A stretch of DNA of 64,000 nt, from contig CAVSQW010000013.1 in assembly GCA_963730185.1 (NCBI GenBank), positions 64,001 to 128,000 of the forward strand, written 5' to 3'. Positions 56,729 to 64,000 of this stretch are shown here, one piece after another (within the stretch, counting starts at the first letter, position 1; each line of letters starts with the position of its first letter). A program made the position numbers and the translations under genes. The notes under the pieces were generated by a model. It was not told the origin of the DNA and did not search any database. It was given only the letters and a program-made list of their open reading frames with translations. Origin of the DNA: an uncultured Gemmatimonadales bacterium. Lineage in GTDB: Bacteria; Gemmatimonadota; Gemmatimonadetes; Gemmatimonadales; GWC2-71-9.

Positions 56729-58002
56729 TGGCGCCGGCCAGGGTCGTCGTCCTGGGCGGCGGGTTCGGTGGCCTCGAGCTCGCCAAGCGGCTGGCCAACA
56801 AGCCGGTGGCGGTCACGCTCGTGGACCGGACCAACCACTACGTCTTCCAGCCGCTCCTCTACCAGATCGCCGCCGCCGCCCTCTCCCCGGGCGACATCGC
56901 CTCGCCGATCCGCTCGATCCTCAGCCGGGCCGCCAACGTGGAGGTGCTCTTGGGAGCGGCCGACCGGGTCGAGGCCGACCGACGCCAGGTGCATCTCGCC
57001 GACGGAACCACGCTGGACTACGACTACTTGGTCGTCGCGACTGGAGCGAGACACTCGTATTTCGGCAAGCCGGAATGGGAAGCCTGGGCCCCCGGCCTCA
57101 AGACCTTGGAAGATGCCCTCGAGATCCGCCGCCGGGTGCTCCTGGCCTTCGAGCGGGCCGAACGGGAATCCGATCCCGTTGCCCGCCAGCGCCACCTCAC
57201 CTTCGTGATCGTCGGCGGCGGTCCGACCGGCGTCGAGCTAGCCGGCGCCCTGGCCGAGATCCGCCGGTTCGCGCTCAAGCGCGACTTCCGCCGCATCGAC
57301 CCGCGCGACGCCACCGTGATGCTCCTCGAGGGCGGGCCCCGGATCCTGCCCTCGTACCCGCCCCACTTGAGCCAGAAGGCCAAGGAGACCCTTCGCTCGC
57401 TGGGCGTCGACGTCAGGACCGAGACCATGGTGACCGCGATCGCGGCCGGCGAGGTCAACGCCGCCGGGTGGCGGATCCCGACCGACACCGTGATCTGGGC
57501 CGCCGGCAACCAGGCCAGTCCGCTGGTCCGCTCGCTCGGCTGCCCGACCGATCGGGCAGGCCGGGCCCTGGTGGAGCCCGACTGCTCGATCCCCGGTCAC
57601 CGAGAGCTCTTCGTCATCGGCGATGCGGCCGCCTTCACCCACGATCCGGACGCCAAGTTGCTGCCCGGCACCTCGCCGGTCGCCATGCAGCAGGGCCGGT
57701 ACCTGGGCGACATGATCCTGGCCGACCTCGCGGACCGGACCCGCCGGCCGTTCCGCTATCACGACAAGGGCCAGCTCGCCGTGATCGGCCGGGGGCACGC
57801 GATCGCCGATCTGAAGCGGGTCAAGCTCACGGGCCTGGTGGGATGGCTGGTGTGGATCTTCATCCACATCTTCTATCTGATCGGGTTCCGGAACCGGGCC
57901 GTGGTGATGCTCGAGTGGGCCTGGTCCTACCTGACGTTTCAGCGAGGGGCGCGCCTCATCACCGGCCCCTGGACGCCGGCCCAGGACAAGGGCTCAGGAT
58001 GA
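56728..58002 (+). CDS. ndh: Type II NADH dehydrogenase
   Basis: GGGFGG, FQPLLYQ, GGGPTGVELAG, WAAG, FVIGD, AMQQG, F.Y.DKG. Confidence 0.92.
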   Translation: MAPARVVVLGGGFGGLELAKRLANKPVAVTLVDRTNHYVFQPLLYQIAAAALSPGDIASPIRSILSRAANVEVLLGAADRVEADRRQVHLADGTTLDYDYLVVATGARHSYFGKPEWEAWAPGLKTLEDALEIRRRVLLAFERAERESDPVARQRHLTFVIVGGGPTGVELAGALAEIRRFALKRDFRRIDPRDATVMLLEGGPRILPSYPPHLSQKAKETLRSLGVDVRTETMVTAIAAGEVNAAGWRIPTDTVIWAAGNQASPLVRSLGCPTDRAGRALVEPDCSIPGHRELFVIGDAAAFTHDPDAKLLPGTSPVAMQQGRYLGDMILADLADRTRRPFRYHDKGQLAVIGRGHAIADLKRVKLTGLVGWLVWIFIHIFYLIGFRNRAVVMLEWAWSYLTFQRGARLITGPWTPAQDKGSG

Positions 58003-58958
58003 CCCTGACCCGCGAGGCGGTCGTCGCCCGGGCGAAAGCGCTTGGCTTTGTCGATTGCGGCATCGCCGATCTCGGCCCCAACCCCCACGCCGACGAGCTC
58101 GATCGCTGGCTCGCGGCCGGGTACGGCGGGACGATGCGCTATCTCCATCGGCAGGCCGCCAAGCGGAAGCGACCCGAGCGGATCGAGCCCGGCGCCATCC
58201 GCGCGGTGGTGGTGCTCGACAACTACTATCCCGGCCCCACCGCCGACGCGGAGGACCGGTTCAGGATCGCCAAGTACGCCCTGGGTCGGGACTACCACCT
58301 GACCGTGGGAGAGCGGCTCGAGCGCCTGGCCGCCTATCTCCGTCAGGGCGGGGCGGGAGTCGCTCGGCCCTTCGTGGACGCCGGTCCCGTGCCCGAACGC
58401 GAGCTGGCCCGGCGGGCCGGACTCGGGTGGATCGGCAAGAACACCATGCTGCTTCGCCCCGGCGACGGCTCGTTCTTCGTGATCGGCAGCGTGCTCACCG
58501 ATCTCCCGCTCGATCCGTCCCCGCCATTCGAGACCGACCACTGCGGGACCTGCACCCGGTGCCTCGACGCCTGCCCGACCAACGCTTTCCCGGCCCCCCG
58601 CGTGCTGGATGCCACCCGGTGCATCTCGTTTCTCACCATCGAGTGGAAGGGCGAGCTCCCGGCTGAGCTGGTCCCGCGGTTCGACGGCTGGGCGTTCGGC
58701 TGCGACATCTGCAACGACGTCTGTCCCTGGAACGAACGGTTCGCCCGGCCGACGGCGATCGCCGACTATCGCGATCGACACGACCCCGACCGCCACGATC
58801 CCGCCGCCTTCGATGACCTGAACGAGGCCGAGTTCGCCATCCGGTTCGGCGATACCCCACTGGAGCGACCGGGGCTCGAGCGGATGCGCCGGAACGTCCG
58901 CGCGGCGGTCGCCTCGCTCACCGACCCGCTCCCTCCCAACTTCGGATCCGAGCCATGA
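57999..58958 (+). CDS. queG: Epoxyqueuosine reductase
   Basis: YALGRDYH, VDAGPVPERE, GWIGKN, CGTCTRCLDACPT, CISFLTIE, GCDICNDVCPWN. Confidence 0.95.
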   Translation: MTLTREAVVARAKALGFVDCGIADLGPNPHADELDRWLAAGYGGTMRYLHRQAAKRKRPERIEPGAIRAVVVLDNYYPGPTADAEDRFRIAKYALGRDYHLTVGERLERLAAYLRQGGAGVARPFVDAGPVPERELARRAGLGWIGKNTMLLRPGDGSFFVIGSVLTDLPLDPSPPFETDHCGTCTRCLDACPTNAFPAPRVLDATRCISFLTIEWKGELPAELVPRFDGWAFGCDICNDVCPWNERFARPTAIADYRDRHDPDRHDPAAFDDLNEAEFAIRFGDTPLERPGLERMRRNVRAAVASLTDPLPPNFGSEP

Positions 58959-59356
58959 TCGGTCACATGCACTCCGTCGCGATCTTCGTCAACGACCTCG
59001 ATCGCGCCCTGCAGTTCTACCGGGACACGCTCCGCCTGCCGGTGGCCCGCGAGGGATCGTTCGGCGCCGAGTTCTTCAAGGAGCCGACCCACCTGAGCGT
59101 CCACCCGGCCAACCATCCGGACGCCAAGGCCCTGGTGGGCCGGCATACCGGCATCACCCTCTACTTGCCGGGCCTGGTGCACTTCTGCGGAGAGCTGCAC
59201 GAGAAGGGAGTTCGGTTCGTGACCGAACCGACCCAGATGGCCTGGGGGGTCATGGCGATGATCGCCGATCCCGAGGGCAACGTGTTCGCCCTCTGGGAGG
59301 ACTCCCTGCCGCCCGATCAGGATCAGGTGCCGTCCGACCCGGTCCCGAGCCCGTAG
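58955..59356 (+). CDS. VOC (glyoxalase) family protein
   Basis: V.DLDRA..FYRD.L, GV.F..EP...WG, DPEGN. Confidence 0.88.
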   Translation: MIGHMHSVAIFVNDLDRALQFYRDTLRLPVAREGSFGAEFFKEPTHLSVHPANHPDAKALVGRHTGITLYLPGLVHFCGELHEKGVRFVTEPTQMAWGVMAMIADPEGNVFALWEDSLPPDQDQVPSDPVPSP

Positions 59357-60759
59357 TAGCGGAGCACCCGGTCGACGATCCCGCCGTCCGACGGGTCCAT
59401 CGACACGTCGGGCGGCACCCCGGTCGGATTGAGCGCGCCGGCCGGCAGGTCCGGCGAGTTCGCGATCATCGGATAGCCCAGCAAAAGGCCACGCGGGCGA
59501 CAGGCCAGCCGGATCAGCCGGACGTTGCCGTAGTCGATCAACCCGCCGGTGTGCCGCCCGAAGAGCGTGACCCGAGGATACCGCATCGCGGTCAGGACGA
59601 AGGCCTCGCCCGCGCTCGCGGTGCCGCCATCCGTCAGGATCGCGACCTGCGGCGGCCCCGCCCGGACGGAGGCCGGAGGATCCGGGTCGCCCGGCGGCCT
59701 CCGGAAGAGGGGGAGCAGCGCGCCCGGCGATCGCGCCATCCGGTCCACGATCGAGTCCGGTGCCCAGCCCGAGCGCTCGAAGTAGCGCTGGTTGTCCGGC
59801 GACGACAACACCACCGGGCGCCAGGACCCGCCCAGCCCCGCCGAGGGATGCTCCCCCCAGTAGAACGGCCGGAGTCCATCGGTCGTCCCCGCGCTCCCAC
59901 CCTCGTCGTCCCGTACGTCCACGATCAACAGCTTCGACCGCGCGATCTCGTCGCCGTGCTCCGCGAGGAGGCTGTCGAGGCGGGCTCGGTATTCGGGTGA
60001 GTGCGAGGGCACCGAGAGGATCGCCGCCTCGGCGCCGAGCGCCCGGTAGGTCGGCCGGCGGGGATCGACGGGATCGAGCGAGGCCTGCCGGCTGGTGTCG
60101 ACCGGCCAGGCCCGCCCCCAGGTCACCGGTGGCAGGTGGAAGAGCTGGTTGCGCCAGATCCGGCCGTCCAGGTGACGGGCGGTCTCGTCTTCGGCGTAGT
60201 AGCGAACCGCGTAGCCGCCGCTCGCCCGAGCGGTGAGCTCCGCCCGGATCTGGCCCGGACGCCAGCGCCCGGAGTCGGCCGCCAGCATCACGGCCACGAA
60301 CTGGCCCGGGGTTCCGTCGGCCGCTCGGACCACCGCCAGCCGATACCCCTTCGCGTACCAGATGCCCTCGGCCGGATCCAGCCGCCCGGCCCTGGCCTCG
60401 AGGTCACGGCGGATCTCGTCGGCCGACCGGGGGTCGACGGCCCGAGCTGCCGCCAGGGCGTCGGTCGAGTCGGCCGAGATCTCCGGGGCCTCGACGACGA
60501 AGAGGTGTCCGTCGTGGAACCAATCGGTCAGCTGCCGGAGTACCGCCACGCAGTCGTCCTCTCCGGTGTTGACGGCCCGCGCCCGGAGTCGGTCGACCAG
60601 TCGGCGGTAGGCCCGCTCCCGAGATCGACCCCTCACCTCCATCGTCCACGCGACGTAGTCCACTTCGATCTTGCTGGTGAGACTGTCGAGGTCGGCGAGG
60701 CACGAACAGGGCGGGGCAGGGCTGACGGCATGGAGCAGGACGAGCAAGGCGGGGCCCAT
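59323..60759 (-). CDS. S41 family peptidase, secreted
   Basis: AGGAGG RBS; F.DGHL, IVDVR..GG, LTD..TASAGE, G..T.G, GV.PD. Confidence 0.82.
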   Translation of the reverse strand: MGPALLVLLHAVSPAPPCSCLADLDSLTSKIEVDYVAWTMEVRGRSRERAYRRLVDRLRARAVNTGEDDCVAVLRQLTDWFHDGHLFVVEAPEISADSTDALAAARAVDPRSADEIRRDLEARAGRLDPAEGIWYAKGYRLAVVRAADGTPGQFVAVMLAADSGRWRPGQIRAELTARASGGYAVRYYAEDETARHLDGRIWRNQLFHLPPVTWGRAWPVDTSRQASLDPVDPRRPTYRALGAEAAILSVPSHSPEYRARLDSLLAEHGDEIARSKLLIVDVRDDEGGSAGTTDGLRPFYWGEHPSAGLGGSWRPVVLSSPDNQRYFERSGWAPDSIVDRMARSPGALLPLFRRPPGDPDPPASVRAGPPQVAILTDGGTASAGEAFVLTAMRYPRVTLFGRHTGGLIDYGNVRLIRLACRPRGLLLGYPMIANSPDLPAGALNPTGVPPDVSMDPSDGGIVDRVLRYYGLGTGSDGT

Positions 60760-60881
60760 GAAGCCTCCTGAGAGTCGTGAGCCGGCGGCGCGGGAACGCC
60801 CACACTAGACAGCGCTCACCTCGCGGAGGGTTGGCTGCTCGGTCGGTTTTGTAGCGGAAAGGCGGCGCAGGCCGCCGAGGA

Positions 60882-62399
60882 TCAGCGCGCGGGGCTCCCC
60901 CCGAGGTCCTCGCCCGTGTCGAGCGAGTCGGCGGGGATCACCACGCCTTCGGCGCCCAGCTCGCGGAAGAGCTTCCACTGGGCTTGCCGGGCCGCCCAGA
61001 CGTTGCCGCCATGGTACATGACACTCACCAGCAGCACGCCGTCGGTCCGGCCCAGGTAGCCGACCAGCGAGGCAACGTTCCCGAGCGTCCCGGTCTTGGC
61101 CCGGACCACCCCGCGGCCCGGCAGGCCGTTGGCCAGCTTCCGGAGGGTGCCGGCGCCGTTGGGGGGCAGCAGCATCGGGAAGTTGCGCCCACCCGACGAC
61201 AGGGGGAACCGGGCCAGGTAGGCGATGAACGTCGACGGAGCCACCCGATTGGAATCCGAGAGTCCGCTGCCGTCGACGAGATGGACACCGCTGTAGTCGC
61301 CCGTGATCTGCTGGACGTGCGCCGTCAACCGCGCTGCGGGATCGGGCCCGCTCGCCGTGGCCCACTTGAGCAACAGCTCGGCGCCGAGGTTGCTGCTCCG
61401 CCGGTTGATGTCGCTCGCCAGGGAGTCGAACGTCGGCGAGCGGACCTCGGCCAGCACTACCCGGTCGTCCCGGGGCGGCTCTTCCGCGGTGGAGATGCCG
61501 GGGCTCTCGACCCAGTCGACCCCCGCCTTCGAGAGCGCCCGGGCCCAGCCCGCTTCCATCAGTGCCTGGGGATCGTTGGTCACCCGTGACAGGCTCCGCG
61601 ACCCGGCTCGAATGCCGAGCGTGCCAGCCAGCCGATACCGGCCACCGCGGAGCACCTGAAGGCTGACCCGGCTCCGCCGACCCGACACCGTCCTCGCCGT
61701 CACCGTGACCAGTCGGTCCACGCCGGTCGGCTCGGCCCCGATCAACACGACGTGCTGGCCGACTTTGGCGGCCGGCGCCACACTGACCGTGACGGTGTTG
61801 CTGTTGAGGGTCAGGTTCCCGACCAGCGGGGCGAAGTATCGGCCCCGGTGACGCTTGGCCCAGGTCGACGGATACTCCGCGTCAGGCTCGCCGTGGGCGC
61901 TCATCAGGGTCAAGGGGCCGGTCAGCCGCCGGATGCCGCGATCGGCCAGCTGCACCGCGAGGTCCGTCAGGCTCGGCCCGAATTCGCTTCGCTCGAGCGA
62001 GGGGTCGCCGTTCACCTCGATCGCCCACGTCCCCATCCACGTTCCGCTGGCCCGATCGACATGGCCGATCCCGATCACTCGGGTCGACTTTCGGGCGTCG
62101 CTCCCGAGCACGCTCCGGGCGTAGCCGGTCGTCAGCACCTTGACGGTCGAGGCCGGAATCATTGGCCGGGTGGGCTGGACCCCCCAGACCAGTCTGCCGG
62201 ATTGGTCGGCGACCGCGATCCCCCACTCGCCGGGGGCGCGGCGGGCGGTTTCCCGAAACCATTTGTCGAGTTCTTGCTGGAGGTCGGGCGAGTTGGAGAC
62301 CGGAACGGCGGTACCTTGCGCCGCGAGGGCTCGGGGCGCGCCGAGAAGCAGCGCACCCAGGCACCCGACCGTGACTACCGTACCTCTCACATAGTTCAA
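60882..62399 (-). CDS. dacB: D-Ala-D-Ala carboxypeptidase/endopeptidase (PBP4, S13)
   Basis: PASTVK (SxxK), GDPSL, SSN (SxN), DGSGLS, KTGTL. Confidence 0.9.
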   Translation of the reverse strand: MNYVRGTVVTVGCLGALLLGAPRALAAQGTAVPVSNSPDLQQELDKWFRETARRAPGEWGIAVADQSGRLVWGVQPTRPMIPASTVKVLTTGYARSVLGSDARKSTRVIGIGHVDRASGTWMGTWAIEVNGDPSLERSEFGPSLTDLAVQLADRGIRRLTGPLTLMSAHGEPDAEYPSTWAKRHRGRYFAPLVGNLTLNSNTVTVSVAPAAKVGQHVVLIGAEPTGVDRLVTVTARTVSGRRSRVSLQVLRGGRYRLAGTLGIRAGSRSLSRVTNDPQALMEAGWARALSKAGVDWVESPGISTAEEPPRDDRVVLAEVRSPTFDSLASDINRRSSNLGAELLLKWATASGPDPAARLTAHVQQITGDYSGVHLVDGSGLSDSNRVAPSTFIAYLARFPLSSGGRNFPMLLPPNGAGTLRKLANGLPGRGVVRAKTGTLGNVASLVGYLGRTDGVLLVSVMYHGGNVWAARQAQWKLFRELGAEGVVIPADSLDTGEDLGGSPAR

Positions 62400-62414
62400 G
62401 ACCGACTCCGTGGG

Positions 62415-63578
62415 CTACCGCAACATCGCCTTGGCGATCGTCTGGAGCTGCATGTTGCTGGTACCCTCATAAATCGTGCCAATTTTGGCATCGCGGTAGA
62501 ACTTCTCGACCGGGTACTCCCTCGAGTAGCCGTAGCCTCCGAACAGCTCCAGCGCTTGTCCCGTGACCCGGTTGGCCACCTGGGAGCTGAAGAGCTTGGC
62601 GCCGGCCGCATCTTCGACGAACGGATGCCCGGTGTCCTTGAGGCGGGCGGTGTTGTAGACCATCAGCCGGGCGGCGTCGAGCTCCACCTTGCACTGGGCC
62701 AGCTGGAACTGCACCCCCTGGAACTCGGCGATCGACTTGCCGAACTGCTTCCGCTCCTGAACATACCGCACCGCGGCGTCGAGGGCGCCCTGGGCGATGC
62801 CGATCATCTGGGCCCCGATCCCGATTCGACCCTCGTTCAGGGTCTCGATCGCGACCTTGTATCCCTGCCCTACGGGGCCGAGGACGTTTTCGTTTGGCAC
62901 CCGACAACCCTCGAGGATCAGCTCGGTCGTGCTCGAGGCCCGGATGCCGAGCTTGTTTTCCTTCTTCCCCACCGAGAAGCCGGGGAAGTCCCGCTCCACC
63001 AGGAAGGCGGTGATTCCCTTGTACCCCTTCGAGAAATCGGTGTTGGCGAAGACGATGAAGACGCCGGCCTCGGCGCCGTTCGTGATCCAGAACTTCCGGC
63101 CGGTAAGCTCCCAGTGGTCGCCCTTCGACTCCGCCTTGCAGGCCAGCGCGAAGGCGTCGCTGCCGCTTCCGGGCTCGGAGAGGGCATAGGCCCCCAGGAG
63201 GCCGGTGGTCATCCGGGGAAACAGCCGCTGCTTCTGCTCGTCGTTCCCCCAGCGGAGGATCGCGTTGTTGACCAGGGTGTTGTGGACGTCGACGTAGATC
63301 GCGGCCGAGGCATCCACCCGGGCCAGCTCCTCGATGGCGAGGGTGGCCAGGAAGATCGAGCCGTCGGCGCCGCCGAGGGCCTCGGGTACTTCGATTCCCA
63401 TGAGTCCGAGGTCGAAGAACTTCTCGATCAGGTCGGGCCGGAACTTCGCGGCCTCGTCCATCTCCATCACGTGAGGAAGGACCTCAGTCTCGGCGAACTC
63501 ACGCACGGTCTGACGAAAGAGCTGCTCCTCTTCCGAGAGCGTGGTGAGAGCGGGGGGCGCGGTGATGGTGTCGGACAT
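62415..63578 (-). CDS. Acyl-CoA dehydrogenase (short/branched-chain)
   Basis: LSEPGSGSD, GRKFWITN, KLGIRAS, ERKQFG, IYEGTSN.Q. Confidence 0.95.
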   Translation of the reverse strand: MSDTITAPPALTTLSEEEQLFRQTVREFAETEVLPHVMEMDEAAKFRPDLIEKFFDLGLMGIEVPEALGGADGSIFLATLAIEELARVDASAAIYVDVHNTLVNNAILRWGNDEQKQRLFPRMTTGLLGAYALSEPGSGSDAFALACKAESKGDHWELTGRKFWITNGAEAGVFIVFANTDFSKGYKGITAFLVERDFPGFSVGKKENKLGIRASSTTELILEGCRVPNENVLGPVGQGYKVAIETLNEGRIGIGAQMIGIAQGALDAAVRYVQERKQFGKSIAEFQGVQFQLAQCKVELDAARLMVYNTARLKDTGHPFVEDAAGAKLFSSQVANRVTGQALELFGGYGYSREYPVEKFYRDAKIGTIYEGTSNMQLQTIAKAMLR

Positions 63579-63743
63579 CTGTGGCTCCGGCAGCGGACGG
63601 AATCGACCTGTGAGCGCTCAAAGATAGCACCCCGGGGCAGCCGCTCAAATCCAATTCCGCCAACAGTTTGAGGCGAATTCAATGGTCCCGTGTGCATTCC
63701 GGGCCAATCGGCGCATCTCCCGGACCCACACACGGAGGACACG

Positions 63744-64000
63744 ATGTTCGGGCTCAAGCGTTGGGCGCTCGCGGGTGGACTGCTGTTCGGATTGACGCCC
63801 CAGGCCGGTACCGCGCCCGCGACCGGCTCGGTGGAGGGCCTGGTGCGGGCGGCCACGGGCGCCCCGTTGCCGGGCGCGGCCGTGGCCGTCGAAGGCGGAG
63901 CGAGCCAGACCCGCACCGACCCTCAAGGACGGTTCCGGATCGAAGGGCTGCCGGCTGGTCGAACCGTGCTCCGGGCCACCTTGCTCGGCTATGCGGCTGG
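63744..64000 (+). CDS. N-terminus of a secreted protein with a carboxypeptidase-regulatory-like domain (TonB-dependent receptor or similar), truncated by the window edge
   Basis: GGAGG RBS; signal peptide, then G.V.G.V....G.PL.GA.V, TD..GRF.I.GLPAG, LGY; open to the window end. Confidence 0.7.
   Translation, partial: MFGLKRWALAGGLLFGLTPQAGTAPATGSVEGLVRAATGAPLPGAAVAVEGGASQTRTDPQGRFRIEGLPAGRTVLRATLLGYAA

Noticed and set aside
56160..58958. 932-aa ORF suggesting a large QueG fusion
   Set aside because: The upstream part is Arg/Pro/Gly-rich off-frame sequence over ndh; the real start is ATG 57999.

Overview
High-GC bacterial chromosomal segment with about 60 tightly packed genes. Gene content (several ADOP-type duplicated permeases, many lipoproteins) suggests a Gemmatimonadota/Acidobacteriota-like organism; this is inference. 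Recognisable genes are a selenocysteine-containing selD (in-frame UGA plus SECIS-like hairpin), an atypical rnhA, thyA-folA, queG, ndh, dacB, a copZ-like chaperone, a deoxyhypusine-synthase-like gene, a family-B DNA polymerase and two histidine kinases. I found no rRNA, tRNA, CRISPR array, integrase or transposase. The best candidate novel systems are (1) an operon of two Ddl-like ATP-grasp ligases, a GNAT and a KamA-type radical SAM aminomutase, whose first three genes carry many indels that look like sequencing errors, and (2) a sigma54-promoter-driven operon of a lipoprotein, an enhancer-binding protein with a pseudo-receiver domain, a ZU5-like lipoprotein and a TPR protein. Other oddities are a tandem SOD-fold pair in which one copy has lost all His ligands, a promoter-hairpin-terminator RNA upstream of a csbD-like gene, intergenic heptamer repeat arrays and several gene remnants. 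All family calls come from motif recognition by eye, not database searches, and some start codons are my own choices.
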